DNA of 63,988 bases, counting the filler, from Lama guanicoe (Eukaryota), in assembly GCA_013239625.1 (NCBI GenBank). It is 131 parts of 131 records of this genome, joined end to end, with 100 filler letters (N's around TTAATTAATTAA, not from the genome) between each part and the next. Parts side by side here need not be neighbours in the genome. Positions count along the whole stretch, not along the records: positions 36,135 to 36,523 come from PNXV01059263.1; positions 36,624 to 37,013 come from PNXV01059264.1; positions 37,114 to 37,503 come from PNXV01059265.1; positions 37,604 to 37,993 come from PNXV01059266.1; positions 38,094 to 38,483 come from PNXV01059267.1; positions 38,584 to 38,973 come from PNXV01059268.1; positions 39,074 to 39,463 come from PNXV01059269.1; positions 39,564 to 39,953 come from PNXV01059270.1; 123 more parts are not named here. One strand, 5' to 3'. Below, piece by piece: positions 36,401 to 50,733 of this stretch. Every line of letters begins with the position of its first letter. The first letter of the stretch is position 1. The notes beneath the pieces were generated by a model. The model had not been told where the DNA came from and searched no databases. It saw only the letters and a list, made by a program, of their open reading frames with translations. Position numbers and translations under genes: made by a program.

Positions 36401-39073
36401 TTGGTTTAAGGAATATAAACCAGCCGGATAGGAAACGAAAGCAATTATATTTTGCTCCTTTATTCTACTTGTACAGGCTGAACACACAGCCCAGAGCTGA
36501 CAGAGACGTTAAATCTCACAAACNNNNNNNNNNNNNNNNNNNNNNNNNNNNNNNNNNNNNNNNNNNNTTAATTAATTAANNNNNNNNNNNNNNNNNNNNN
36601 NNNNNNNNNNNNNNNNNNNNNNNCATATCTTACATGAGCATTACCTCCTGAGACACCCCAAGGGTTTACAGCTTACATTTTTAGTATAAGTTTGAAAGCA
36701 AAGAGATAGGATCGTGAGTTGAAAAGTAAAAATGGCTGATCATTAGGTCTTATGTGGCAATACAATTGCCTCTATTATGAACATGTGTACGAGAGGAGTG
36801 AGTTAAATTTATTTAAACATAACTGCAACCAATTGTTTTATTCATTTATAGTCTTTAAGACTTTGAGGTCTTGTATTTTAGCTTGTGCTAACTCCCTAAC
36901 CTTCATCTGATGGCCACTGCCTTGAGAAAATGTGAGACAGCAGTGTTAGGAGGAGAGGCAACTTACATACTCACTTATTCAACAGGTTTTTATTGAGAAG
37001 TAACTTTTTTTTTNNNNNNNNNNNNNNNNNNNNNNNNNNNNNNNNNNNNNNNNNNNNTTAATTAATTAANNNNNNNNNNNNNNNNNNNNNNNNNNNNNNN
37101 NNNNNNNNNNNNNCACTTTCTCATCTGTTTCAGAGTGAGAAGAACCAAGCTTGGGTTTTCCTATCATGGACAAAAAAGGTTTCAACCTGTCAATTATTTG
37201 ATATTTAGATAGGTAGAAACATTTCTAAATTGAGGAGTGCAGAACATTAAGAGATTTTTGATTATCGGAAAGGATTTCAGTGTTAGAGAGTCTCATCTCA
37301 GTCTTCATAAATCTCTCACCTTGTCATCATTTATGGGTACATGTTAATTTCCCTACTTGTCTTTATCTCCATATGCTGCCTGCTTATAGGGTGAGCCCTG
37401 TCCCATTCCCTACTTAGGACATTACTACTGTGAATACCCTGACATCAACATACATGTTTGCTTGTGTACTCCTGCCTGTCATTAATAATAGTGACAACAA
37501 CAANNNNNNNNNNNNNNNNNNNNNNNNNNNNNNNNNNNNNNNNNNNNTTAATTAATTAANNNNNNNNNNNNNNNNNNNNNNNNNNNNNNNNNNNNNNNNN
37601 NNNGACTTCCAGTTATCAGACTGAAGGTGGCACAGAATATAACCTGTGGCAGGAAAGATATGTAGGAAGTGATGCCTTGGAGCCTTGGCTCTCTGCCTGG
37701 AAGGTATTTCTGGATCATGGCCCAGGATGGAGGAGCCCAAGCAGAGCAGGGGGCCTCCCTGAGAGGAGGTGACTGAGATCAGGGTTCAGAGAAACTGACT
37801 GCTGGTTCACAGGTAATTTCACAGGTAACATGCGCTTGGAGTTTGGGGGGCAGAATAGTGGAGGACAAGGAGCCACCAGAGAGTTTCCCTGGAGTCTCTG
37901 TCTGAACCTTAGTCTGAGCAACTATCAAGGAATGATGACCAGCAAGAAACTGCAAGCCGAGAAAAGCTACTGCGGTCCACACAGAGCTGGGAGNNNNNNN
38001 NNNNNNNNNNNNNNNNNNNNNNNNNNNNNNNNNNNNNTTAATTAATTAANNNNNNNNNNNNNNNNNNNNNNNNNNNNNNNNNNNNNNNNNNNNAGGGGGG
38101 GCCTGACAGTTGCCAGGGCAACCTGCCCTCGGACAAGACCCTCCGTCTCTGGGGGTCCCTGTGAAGTGGCCAAGGGCACACGCCTGCGACTGAAGGAGGA
38201 GAGCTGGGGCCCTCTGGGCCTGGCTCTGATCTCCTCACACGCGCTTCGTCCTCACCCTTGGGTCCTGGGTGACGAGGTGTGTCTAAGCACATACTCACTT
38301 GTACTGGGACTGGTCATTGCCACCGACATCTGGGGATGTCAACTTCTGCAGTAAAATTCGTATAATGCTAACAAAAAGGATGAAATTGACCTGCACAAAG
38401 AGAGATGACACATTTGTGTGTGATGCCCCCTGGAAAGGAGGCCGGGATGTCTGTGGCTGAGCCTCACCAGTTTCAGCAGGGCCNNNNNNNNNNNNNNNNN
38501 NNNNNNNNNNNNNNNNNNNNNNNNNNNTTAATTAATTAANNNNNNNNNNNNNNNNNNNNNNNNNNNNNNNNNNNNNNNNNNNNCAGAGGTTCCTGTGCTG
38601 CCATCCCTGTAGAAGACACAAGTACACTTCCTGCCTCTCCTGCTATGAACTTTTCACATTAGAATGAAGAATCTGGGGTTTTATGATCAATATATTCAGT
38701 TAAATGCAAGCCCCGCAAACGCCAGCCTCTCCCTGCTGAGTCTGCCCAGCCCCTGCCCCTGCCCCCTGCCTGGAGTCCGCACACATCTCCCTCCAGACAG
38801 GCCCCCGACACGAGTCTGTAACCAGACTCTCACATGCAGACGGGTTCTTGGACGTGCCCGCTGCCTTGTGTAGAGGGCTCCGGCTTTACAGTTTTGACAG
38901 TGTAAGAGTCTGTATAAATATTTTCCTTAGCTTGTAAATGATTCTCTTGAAAAATGCTTTATCTCTAAATATTNNNNNNNNNNNNNNNNNNNNNNNNNNN
39001 NNNNNNNNNNNNNNNNNTTAATTAATTAANNNNNNNNNNNNNNNNNNNNNNNNNNNNNNNNNNNNNNNNNNNN

Positions 39074-39463
39074 CTATAGTCTCTTAAGTGTGCAATAGTG
39101 TTACGTCTAGAAAAACAATGTACACACCTTAATTTAAAAAACTAGTGTCAAAAACCAGTAACTATCACTCTGAACCTTCAATAAGTTGTAATCTTTTTTG
39201 CTGGTGGAGGGTCTTGCCTCAGTGTTGAGGGCTGCTGGCTGATGAATGCGGTGGTTGCTGAAGGCTGGCGCAGCTGGGGCAGTTTCTTAGAGTAAGACAA
39301 CAATGAAGTTTGCCGCATCAACTGACTCCTTCTTTCACAAATGATTTCTCTGTAGCGTGCAGTGCTGTTTGATAGCATTTTGCCCACGGTGGACCTTCTT
39401 GCAAAATTAGGAGCCAGTCCTCTCAAACCCTGCCACTGCTTTATCAACTAAGTTTATGTAATA
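39074..39463 (-). mobile_element. Tigger1 DNA transposon, transposase C-terminal region
   Basis: STVGKMLSNSTARYREIICERRSQLMRQTSLLSYSKKLPQLRQPSATTAFISQQPSTLRQDPPPAK matches the Tigger1/TIGD1 C-terminus. Confidence 0.9.
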
Positions 39464-41033
39464 NNNNNNNNNNNNNNNNNNNNNNNNNNNNNNNNNNNNN
39501 NNNNNNNTTAATTAATTAANNNNNNNNNNNNNNNNNNNNNNNNNNNNNNNNNNNNNNNNNNNNCAAAAGTCAAAATCATAATGTTGAAAATTTGAGCTCA
39601 ACTAAGATTATATCCAAGAGGTAAAAAACTGCTCTTTGCTCATGGACTTTTCTGAGTTGGAAAACTTAAGGTGCATAGTATCTTTCAGTTCTTTTCCTGC
39701 TTTGATACTTTTGTATGGCACTGTTTCAAGTTGCTTTGGGTAACAATTCTTTGGTTTTCACGATGATGCCTAGAATAGAAACTACTCTTTTTACATTCCT
39801 TAGTGATACTGAACATAATGATTAAAGGGGGTACTTAAGCATTTCTATTGCTAAGCGCAAGATCAACAACTGTGTGTCTCAAATATTTTCGTTATTTTCT
39901 AGTTTGAGACCCCATGACTACTGACGAGAATAAAGAAGTTAATTCCACCAAAANNNNNNNNNNNNNNNNNNNNNNNNNNNNNNNNNNNNNNNNNNNNTTA
40001 ATTAATTAANNNNNNNNNNNNNNNNNNNNNNNNNNNNNNNNNNNNNNNNNNNNCAATCCTTTCTTCAGGTAGACCTTTGACTTAACGTATTTAAATTTTT
40101 CAATGCTTCGTTAACTGTGGCTTATTTTATTCCTTCAAAACCTCATAAAATTCTTAGGTAGGACTAGGTTCTCAGCCTTTCTAGGACTGTGGTTCTCAGC
40201 CTGTTTTTGGTGAGGAGGGCCTCTACAAGTATTACATTTACAATATGCTCCTGTTTATTAGTAATATTTCTTACTGCATAGAGTGATTCTCTGTGGGTCA
40301 TTTGAGAATTACTACTCTAGAGAATCTATGAATTCTCTGAAATAATATGTAAAATTTTGTAGGGAGAGAGTCTGTGTCCGTTATTTGAATATTAAAATAT
40401 TGACAAATCCATAAAGGTAAAAATGCATTGCCTTGAAGTTCCANNNNNNNNNNNNNNNNNNNNNNNNNNNNNNNNNNNNNNNNNNNNTTAATTAATTAAN
40501 NNNNNNNNNNNNNNNNNNNNNNNNNNNNNNNNNNNNNNNNNNNTGGAAGAAATCATTCCGTTCAGGAAGCTTCTTGTGATGTTCATTTATTGTGTGATAC
40601 GGGATGCTCTTGGGGAGCTATCTATGTCACTCCCACATTGTGTCATCCAGACCCAAGGCTTTAAATATCCAATATAAACTCTATGTTCTTGTGGTTCTCC
40701 AGTCACACTGCTGCCTTCACCTTACCCCATCTTACATTTGTTCATAAACTCTCCATGTCAACCCCTCTCCCCCACAAAGCCATTTCGCTTCAGTCCCCAA
40801 CTAGCCTCAGTAACTCCATCCTTCCAGCGACTCAGGCTGGGACTCCTCCTCCGCCCTCTCACTTCCCTATGCTAGATCTGCACTGACAGATAATCTCATC
40901 AGCTTCACACTATACCCAGAATCTCGTCACTTCNNNNNNNNNNNNNNNNNNNNNNNNNNNNNNNNNNNNNNNNNNNNTTAATTAATTAANNNNNNNNNNN
41001 NNNNNNNNNNNNNNNNNNNNNNNNNNNNNNNNN

Positions 41034-41423
41034 AAACTGTGGAATATCCATACAATAAAACACTAGTCAGCAATTACTTTTGGTATCTCCAAACACAAGG
41101 ATGAGTCAGAATAATTATGGTGAATGAAAGAAGTCAGACCAAAAAGATACATATTGCAATGATTCCATTCGCTTAAAAAAACAAAAATCTAGAAAAAAAA
41201 ACTATCCACAGAGACAAAGAGCAATTCAGTGTTTTCCTGAAGATAAAAGGTAGGGAGACGTGGATTTAAAAGGGACACAAGAAAACTCTTTGGAGTGACT
41301 ACTGTGCTTCTATATTGATTATGGCAATGGTTTCTTAGGTATATATGCATTTATGAAAATTCATCAAGCTGCATGTTTAAATTGTGTAGTTTATTGTAAA
41401 TCAATTATACCTCAAAAAAGCTG
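41034..41423 (+). mobile_element. LINE-1 3' end (L1MC/ME-like)
   Basis: aaactgtggaatatccatacaa...gaatgaaagaagtcagacc...ttattgtaaatcaattatacctcaaaaaagctg. Confidence 0.85.
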
Positions 41424-43482
41424 NNNNNNNNNNNNNNNNNNNNNNNNNNNNNNNNNNNNNNNNNNNNTTAATTAATTAANNNNNNNNNNNNNNNNNNNNN
41501 NNNNNNNNNNNNNNNNNNNNNNNCTTGGCTGCAGGAAACTTCTCAAATAGCAGCTAGACATGGTAGAAATACAAGAGTCTGGGGAATTAAAAACTATCAA
41601 CCCAAATTCTACAGTGAGTTTAATTATTACTTAAATTTCAGGGCATATGAAGATATTTCCAACCCTATAATAATTAATGGAAGGCTTAGACTTAAGATAA
41701 AACTGTGAATTTCCTGTGGAAACTTTGCCTTCCCTAACTAACCTCAAATTTATGCATCCACATTATGGGCACATAGCAAAATTAAATACAATGTTCTTAT
41801 GTTTAAAAAGAATTAACAAGATAAAAATGCAGAACGGAGCACACATCCACTTTTTTTGCATCCTGAAACTCCAACATGATAATGGGGTGGCAATTTTTTA
41901 AGGCATTACAGCANNNNNNNNNNNNNNNNNNNNNNNNNNNNNNNNNNNNNNNNNNNNTTAATTAATTAANNNNNNNNNNNNNNNNNNNNNNNNNNNNNNN
42001 NNNNNNNNNNNNNCGGGCAAACAGCCCTTCTCAGCCAGGGGTTCGCCACGCCCGCACGGAGCACTTCCAGGCTCGCAATTAGGGTCTAGTCCACCCCTCC
42101 GTTTACGCACTAGGGCAGAAGGGGAAGCAACTGGTCAAAGTGGCGTGGTGGACTAGGGACAGAGTCAGCCCTAGGCTCTAACCCCAAACCCCGGTCCTCC
42201 CTTGCCTCTGCCCTGTGTCCAACACAGGCATTTCACTCAATTATGCCTCCCAAGTCCCTCTGGACTCCCCAGGCTCCCCTGGCTCTGCATGCTCTGAGTC
42301 AAAGACAGGTCCTGTGTACCACTGGGGCTGGAAGCCCGCATCATAGGCCTCCTGCCTTCCCTCTTGTCCCCCTAACATCCCATCCCCCATCCAGCAGCCA
42401 AAGNNNNNNNNNNNNNNNNNNNNNNNNNNNNNNNNNNNNNNNNNNNNTTAATTAATTAANNNNNNNNNNNNNNNNNNNNNNNNNNNNNNNNNNNNNNNNN
42501 NNNAAAATGTAGCTCCAAAAAGTATCTATAATTGATTTCATCTTTATTTGAGTCCCCAGAAAACTTAATTGACCAATTAAAATTAATTTCTTCTTTTCCA
42601 ATTTAAAAGAGACTCTTTCATTCCACTCGATGTCTTTGGGTTGAGGATTCAATCAATTCAAAGATTCGGGGCAGTTTCCCTCAAGATATCGCTCCACCTT
42701 CTTCTCTTTCTCCAAGTTGTGTCTGAGTGGAGGCAGAACTTGAAAGTCCTACAGTAGCAGGATGGAGTCATAGTTCTGTTGGTGGATAGTGAGACCCCTT
42801 AAATAAGAAGCCCACCGAAGTGTGCGTGCTTGTCGCCAGCCATGAAAGGATTTGCAGCAGAGGCAGAGGGACAAAAGGAAGACCTGTTTTTTTNNNNNNN
42901 NNNNNNNNNNNNNNNNNNNNNNNNNNNNNNNNNNNNNTTAATTAATTAANNNNNNNNNNNNNNNNNNNNNNNNNNNNNNNNNNNNNNNNNNNNCTAAGGC
43001 TAGATCTGAAAAAAGATAAGGTGATAGGCTGTGCTGCTGGACCCTCCACAGTAGAATGGGATTTCCAACTTAGTTTTTAGCATCAGGCCAATGAGCTCAA
43101 ATCTTGCCTTTACCAGTTACTAGCTTTGTGACCTTGGGTAAGAAACTATACTTATTTGTGTCCAATTTTCTTTATATGTAAATAAGTTCAGTATATATAT
43201 TTTAAGGTTTTTGTTATAGAATTTAATGAGCTAATTCCCTCATTTATACCTAAAATAGTGATCACGTGGGTCTATGGTGGTGCCTTGGTAGTTGATTACT
43301 AAGGGACTCGACAGTGAGAATGGGGGTTGGGGACCCCTGGATCATAGAGCTTTTATTCCAGGATATGCTTGTAAAAGACTGGNNNNNNNNNNNNNNNNNN
43401 NNNNNNNNNNNNNNNNNNNNNNNNNNTTAATTAATTAANNNNNNNNNNNNNNNNNNNNNNNNNNNNNNNNNNNNNNNNNNNN

Positions 43483-43872
43483 ATTTAAACATTGGGAAAA
43501 AAACCTGTTAAATGAGAATTATACATCCAGCAAAAATGTCCTTCAAACATGAGAGAGATATTCCCAGAAAAATAAAAACTGAGAGTGCTCTTTGTCACTA
43601 CATCTTCCCTACAAGAAGTGCTAAAGGGAGTTCTTAAGGTTGAAATGAAGTGACACTCAATAGAAATTCAAAGCCATATGAAGATATAAACATATCCAGT
43701 AAGGGTAAGTATATGGGCAAATTAGTATGTTATAGATAATCCTCATTGTAAGAAGAAAGAAAATGTCTGTAACATATACACAAAAGGAAATGAGAAAATA
43801 ACTAAAACTTTGCAATAGAAAGAATCAACTAAACACAAAAGGCCATAATTGAGATAATTAGGTATTAAAAAA
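43483..43872 (+). mobile_element. LINE-1 ORF1 C-terminal / inter-ORF region
   Basis: gagaattatacatccagcaaaaatgtccttcaaa (RI.YPAKLSF-like)...cctacaagaagtgctaaagggagttct (LQE.LKGVL). Confidence 0.8.
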
Positions 43873-44462
43873 NNNNNNNNNNNNNNNNNNNNNNNNNNNN
43901 NNNNNNNNNNNNNNNNTTAATTAATTAANNNNNNNNNNNNNNNNNNNNNNNNNNNNNNNNNNNNNNNNNNNNATGAAGGAGGGTTTTATAGGCACAAAGC
44001 AAGTCTCCATGTAAACAGTCAGTATCATATCTAGACTGTAAACAGGACCCAAAAGTTCTTTTCCTCGGAAGCATAAATTTAGCACCCATGAGGAATTTTG
44101 TGTCCAGAAACTTCTTATCTGAAGCTCTGGATCTTTATTGGAAAGTGAGATTGTCCATGTCAAAGTGAATTAAGTACTCCCAGAAAGGTGACATCGTTCA
44201 TTCTTACCTATATAATTTAATATAGGAAAATCTTTGAAAACTTCATAAAGAGGAACCTTTCTCAGTCAGTAAGAGAACACTACTCATTCAAAGAAGGAAG
44301 ATGTTATGATGCTCTATAAATACAACTTGTCCATGGGCAAAATTATTTTCAAGTGTATTTACNNNNNNNNNNNNNNNNNNNNNNNNNNNNNNNNNNNNNN
44401 NNNNNNTTAATTAATTAANNNNNNNNNNNNNNNNNNNNNNNNNNNNNNNNNNNNNNNNNNNN

Positions 44463-44852
44463 AGATGGTGCTGCTCATCGCCATGGCCTTTGACAGATAC
44501 GTGGCCATATGCAAGCCTCTCCACTATCAGACTATCATGAGCTCACGAATATGCATTTTGTTCCTGGGTGCCGCCTGGGCCCTTGGTGTCAGCCACTCAC
44601 TGTTCCAACTAGCATTTATTGTTAATTTACCCTTCTGTGGTCCTAATGTATTGGACAGCTTTTACTGCGACCTTCCTCGGCTCCTCAGACTGGCCTGTAC
44701 CGACACTTACAGGTTGCAGTTCATGGTCACTGTCAACAGTGGGTTTATCTGTGTTGGTTCTTTCTTTATACTCCTCATCTCCTACATCTTCATCCTGTTT
44801 ACTGTTTGGAAACATTCCTCAGGTGGTTCATCCAAAGCCCTCTCCACTTTGT
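44463..44852 (+). CDS. Olfactory receptor family 4F fragment (OR4F3/16/29-like), TM3-TM6, open frame
   Basis: [21 protein letters not shown]...[43 protein letters not shown]...[15 protein letters not shown]; no stop; both ends truncated. Confidence 0.92.
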
Positions 44853-45442
44853 NNNNNNNNNNNNNNNNNNNNNNNNNNNNNNNNNNNNNNNNNNNNTTAA
44901 TTAATTAANNNNNNNNNNNNNNNNNNNNNNNNNNNNNNNNNNNNNNNNNNNNAACAAACAAACAAAAAAGATTTGTGAAGTGCTCAGATTGGGTGGGTTG
45001 GATGGGAGCGTCCTGGGATCAGGTTTGAAAAGGTAAATTAGGGTCGGCTGGCAGAGGTCCTTGCATGACATGCTTGCTCTTGAAAACAACAGGGAGCCAC
45101 TGAGGGCTTTGAATGGTGAAAAAGCCAAAGTAACACAGAACATCTTTCCTGATGTGTGGATGCAAGGATTTCTTTCTAGATCCTTTCCTCTGAGTCTGCT
45201 TGTGTTTTACATGAATGTTGGAAAGTACTCATTTTTCTCACTCACCATATCTTTCCATTTCAGTTTTCACTATTGTTTACATTTTTATAATTTTTTATTC
45301 AAATTTGTAAGGGTTTTGCATTCATATTGCTTTAATGACCCCNNNNNNNNNNNNNNNNNNNNNNNNNNNNNNNNNNNNNNNNNNNNTTAATTAATTAANN
45401 NNNNNNNNNNNNNNNNNNNNNNNNNNNNNNNNNNNNNNNNNN

Positions 45443-45810
45443 TTTTTAGAAGTTATTTTCCATTTACAATTATTACACAATATTGGCTCTATTCCCAGTG
45501 TTGTCGATACAATTCTGAGCCTACGTTACAGTCAACAGTTTGTACCTCCCTCTCCCACACATCTGTACTGCCCCTCCTTCTCCCCCCACCACTGGTACCC
45601 ATTAGTTTGTTCTCTATATCTGTCAGTCGACATCTTTTATGTTATATTCATCTGCTTGTTCTATTTTTTTATATTCAACATTTTAGTGATACCAAGCAGT
45701 ATTTTACTTTCTCTGCCTGGCATATTTCCCTTAGCAGAATCTTCTCCAGTTTCATCCATGTTGTTGTAAGAGGAAGGATTTCCTTCTTTTATAAGGCTAA
45801 ATGATATTCC
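45443..45810 (-). mobile_element. LINE-1 3' end followed by (TG)n at the contig end
   Basis: atattggctctattccc...cattagtttgttctctatatctgt...catccatgttgttgtaagaggaaggatttccttctttt. Confidence 0.85.
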
Positions 45811-46912
45811 TGTGTGTGTGTGTGTGTGTGTGNNNNNNNNNNNNNNNNNNNNNNNNNNNNNNNNNNNNNNNNNNNNTTAATTAATTAANNNNNNNNNNNN
45901 NNNNNNNNNNNNNNNNNNNNNNNNNNNNNNNNCTGGGGATGATACATCATACTTCACAGTGCTATCGGGGGATACTTGAAATTATATATTCAGAAACGTC
46001 AAGCTTGGTTCCTGAAATAGTCATAGGTGCTTGATAAACCTGGGCTTCCTTTGCCTACTGGTTTTAGAGAAGCCAAGTAGCAGAGTGGGGTGGGGAGACA
46101 AGGCTTGGAATCTTGGCTACGTCCCTGACGAGCTGTTTAATCCAGGGCCAGCTAATTTCTACGAGCCCCAGTTTCCTCCTCTGTAAACAGGAGAGCAAAT
46201 ATTATCGATGGTGGGGTGAAATGAGAAAATGTGGTTAGTGTGTGGCACATGGCGAGAGCTGCTCACATTCACTGAGCGCTTGCTCTGTACCAGAGCCTGG
46301 TCTAAGTCATTTACGTATGTCANNNNNNNNNNNNNNNNNNNNNNNNNNNNNNNNNNNNNNNNNNNNTTAATTAATTAANNNNNNNNNNNNNNNNNNNNNN
46401 NNNNNNNNNNNNNNNNNNNNNNCAAAATGACAACTGCTAAAGGAGGTGTGGACAGACCTGCACTCTAGATAGAGCTCCTTGTACAAAAGACCCACAGAAG
46501 CAATTCCGTCAAGAAGCGTACCACCCTCCCCCGTTCCCTCAATGATCACCACCAAATTCCATCGTACGAGGAAGAATGTCAGGGTACTTCTAGAATATTT
46601 CTAAGATATATTAAGATCAGGTTGAGAGATTCTGCTTGGTTTACATAGTTGATCTGAATAATTTAGGCTTGAAAGACAACTTTTCTCAAGGGCTGGGGTG
46701 ACTTCTGTCTTCAAATCTTGACTATACCTTGCCTACAACGGCACCAATTAACACCTGAGGACTTTTGAAGAGAAAATTCCATTATTTCTTCTCTTTCTTG
46801 AGAGTCGTTTTTNNNNNNNNNNNNNNNNNNNNNNNNNNNNNNNNNNNNNNNNNNNNTTAATTAATTAANNNNNNNNNNNNNNNNNNNNNNNNNNNNNNNN
46901 NNNNNNNNNNNN

Positions 46913-47195
46913 ATATATGGAATCTAAACAATACCACAAATTAGTGACTCTAATTTTAAAAAAGCAGACTCACAGATACAGAGAATGAACTAGTGGTTAC
47001 CAGTGCAGGGGAGAGAGCAGGGGGAGGGGCAATATGGAGGTAGGGGTACAATACTGGTACAAACAGGTATAAAATAAATGATAAGGATATATTGTACAAC
47101 ACAGGGAATATAGCCAGTGTTTTATAATAGCTATAAATGGAGAATACACCTGTAAATTAGGTAACACTGTACAGCAACTGTATTTCAATTTTAAA
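46913..47195 (+). mobile_element. LINE-1 3' end (laurasiatherian L1)
   Basis: gcagactcacagatacagagaatgaactagtggttaccagt...aaggatatattgtacaacacagggaatatagcca...caactgtatttcaat. Confidence 0.88.
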
Positions 47196-47539
47196 AAGTT
47201 AATTGATCACATTAAATAAAATTATTTCTTAACAGTTAAAATCAGTGTAGAATTACTCAGTCTCCCATAATTAAAGCTCTGTACTCTCCCCTCTTACTTT
47301 GTNNNNNNNNNNNNNNNNNNNNNNNNNNNNNNNNNNNNNNNNNNNNTTAATTAATTAANNNNNNNNNNNNNNNNNNNNNNNNNNNNNNNNNNNNNNNNNN
47401 NNGGGGGGGTCTCCTCCAGCATCTGTCCAACTTCACCCCTGTCATCTGTGGCACCTGCAAGCTTGAGGAAGACTCACCTGGGCCATTAAGGGACACTGTG
47501 CCGAGCAGCCCTGAGACTTATGTCAAGAGCATCCCTGCT

Positions 47540-47749
47540 GCCCCAAGAGACCCCGTTTCCTGCTCCTGCTCCAGATGACCTCTGACTGGAGCCCCACGAG
47601 AGACCCTGAGCCCAGACCACCCAGCCGAGCCCTCCAGCTGGTCCGCAGCACTTCTGAACCGCAGAAACTCACACAGATATTCAATGATTGTTGTTATGTT
47701 TAAGTCAGTTTTCTGGCAATTTGTTGTACACTGGTAAGTAACCAAAACG
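47540..47749 (+). mobile_element. MaLR MLT1-type LTR 3' part
   Basis: gagagaccctgagcccagaccacccagccgagccc...gttgttatgtttaagtcagttttctggcaatttgttgtacac. Confidence 0.65.
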
Positions 47750-47892
47750 GAGCATGTTAAATACACATGCATGTATACACGTGTGTGTGTGTNNNNNNNN
47801 NNNNNNNNNNNNNNNNNNNNNNNNNNNNNNNNNNNNTTAATTAATTAANNNNNNNNNNNNNNNNNNNNNNNNNNNNNNNNNNNNNNNNNNNN

Positions 47893-48282
47893 ATTTATTA
47901 GTTTTAACAGTTTTTTCCTGGAGGAATCTTTAGGGTTTTCTACATGTAAGGTCAAATCATCTGCAAACAGAGATAATTTTACTTCTTTTCCAATGTGGAT
48001 GTTTTTAAAGCAGGCTTCCTCTTGTTCCTTATCTTCAAGGAAAAGGTTTCTTTCTTTTACCATTGAGTATGATGCTTGTTGTGAGCATTTTATTAGGATT
48101 GTATTAACTATAGTTTAGAGAGAACTGACATATCTTTACTTTTTTTTAATTTGTGAGATATCTTTTTATACAAGAGTATATCTTTCCAAGTATTCACATC
48201 TTGTGTCCCCTCAGCAGCATTTCAAAGACACTGAACATGTCTTTGGTGATTTCTAGTTATTTTACTTTTTTGGTTAATATAA
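47893..48282 (-). mobile_element. LINE-1 ORF2 fragments (RT region, rearranged)
   Basis: HIGKEVKLSLFADDLTLHVENPKDSSRKKLLKLIN on the minus strand. Confidence 0.85.
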
Positions 48283-48872
48283 NNNNNNNNNNNNNNNNNN
48301 NNNNNNNNNNNNNNNNNNNNNNNNNNTTAATTAATTAANNNNNNNNNNNNNNNNNNNNNNNNNNNNNNNNNNNNNNNNNNNNCTGCTAATTTTCCTGTGT
48401 TGTTTGCTCTGGTTTTGTTGCTAATCATATTACCAAATTCTAGTCATTATTCCTTTAAAACTCAGTGGTTCATCCCTTGACCCCATTTTCACTGCTTATT
48501 TATCTACACTATCTCATCTGTCTTGAATTCTTACTCTAGCTTATTTCTCTGTGTGAAACCATTTTTCAAGGCTCAATTCAAACGCCATTTTTCCTGTGTA
48601 AATCTATGTAAGAAGGGAGTAAACCTTTTTCTATCTAAGCACCCATGGGTGTTCCTTGATATGTTTTGCCATCATTATTTTGCTGTATATATTTGTCTGC
48701 ATGTGTGAATTGTGATCTTGGGTAAGTTCCTTAAGAACAAGGAATAAGGAATTTTTTAAAAGCATAATGTCTNNNNNNNNNNNNNNNNNNNNNNNNNNNN
48801 NNNNNNNNNNNNNNNNTTAATTAATTAANNNNNNNNNNNNNNNNNNNNNNNNNNNNNNNNNNNNNNNNNNNN

Positions 48873-49261
<389 letters not shown>

Positions 49262-49963
49262 GNNNNNNNNNNNNNNNNNNNNNNNNNNNNNNNNNNNNNN
49301 NNNNNNTTAATTAATTAANNNNNNNNNNNNNNNNNNNNNNNNNNNNNNNNNNNNNNNNNNNNGGAAAGGAGGTACCCAGGGGGAATAAAGTTGGCAGAAA
49401 AGGAGTGTGGACCGGATCATCAGCAACAGAGAAACCGCTAAGCAAAGGATGATCATCTACCCATTGTATGGAAATTTCTGCAGCCATTTAAAAATAATCA
49501 TAAGCTTTATTGCAACAAGAAAAATACTCCCATTATATTGTACAGAGAAGAAAGCAAGAGACATAAGAAAGAAACATCAGAGACTGACAAATGTGAACTT
49601 CATTTAGTTCAATATTTTAATTATAGTCAGCCTTGGAAGTCTTCCTTCTTTTCCTTCTCCTGATTCCCAAGACTCAGAACCCAAGTGAGCTCCACCCCTA
49701 TCCTGTTTCAGCTATGTGGTGTGTGTGGTCTAGCAAATATTGGGTATATAACNNNNNNNNNNNNNNNNNNNNNNNNNNNNNNNNNNNNNNNNNNNNTTAA
49801 TTAATTAANNNNNNNNNNNNNNNNNNNNNNNNNNNNNNNNNNNNNNNNNNNNCAGAAAAAGACTGGATATGAGAATTCTTTCTTAGAACAATGTAATAAT
49901 TTGTCTTTTATTTGTTTGATCCTTAGTGGCAAAAATGAATGCAGATTGTATTTTAATTTTTGA

Positions 49964-50056
49964 GGTTTTTTAATGCTTTAGTGGAGGTACTGGGGATTGA
50001 ACCCATGACCACAGCATACTAAGCATGTATTCTATCACTGAGGTATATTCCTCCTT
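49964..50056 (-). mobile_element. Vic-1-like SINE
   Basis: ggaggtactggggattgaacccatgacc...catactaagcatgtattctatcactgaggtatattcc is the reverse complement of the SINE at 18051. Confidence 0.8.
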
Positions 50057-50410
50057 ACCAAAAATGTTTGAGGTTTTTGAGCACAGAACAACTAAGTAAC
50101 TTGCCAAAAGTCGCATCGCTGCTGCGGAACAGTGGTGGAACTCAGCCTGCAATGCAGGCCTCCTGCCCTGTGGTCCAGGGGATTCCGCATGGGACCTGCT
50201 GTCTGCGTGTGGCAGGAGGTCACCTCCGCTCCAGGCTCTCCCNNNNNNNNNNNNNNNNNNNNNNNNNNNNNNNNNNNNNNNNNNNNTTAATTAATTAANN
50301 NNNNNNNNNNNNNNNNNNNNNNNNNNNNNNNNNNNNNNNNNNTGAGGGGATGAAGTTAAAAGAAAAAGAAGGAGGCTGTTGCTGTGGTCAGAGCAAGAAA
50401 AGGTGGTGGC

Positions 50411-50733
50411 TGTTATGGACTGGGTCGTGTCTCCCTAAATTCTTAGAGTGAAGCTCTAACCCCTAGCACCTCAGAATGTCACTATATTTGGAGACAGGGT
50501 CTTTACAGAGGTAATTAAGGTAAAAATGAGATCATTGGAGTAAACCCTAATCCAATGGGACTGGTGTCCTTAAGAGAAAAGAAGATTAGGACACAGATAC
50601 GTACAGAAAGCAGGCCATGTAGAGACACAGGGAGAAGATGGCCATCTATAAACCAAGGAAAGAGGCTTCAGAAGAAACCAACCCTGCCGACACCATGATC
50701 TTGGACTTCCAGCCCCTAGAACTGTAAGGCAAG
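50411..50733 (+). mobile_element. MaLR MLT1A/B-like LTR
   Basis: tgttatggactg...cctcagaatgtcactatatttggagacagggtctttacagaggtaattaagg...accaaccctgccgacaccatgatcttggacttccagcc. Confidence 0.9.

Noticed and set aside
39178..39447. 89-aa ORF resembling TIGD1
   Set aside because: Diverged, truncated Tigger1 transposon copy with flanking element sequence; no evidence of a domesticated gene.
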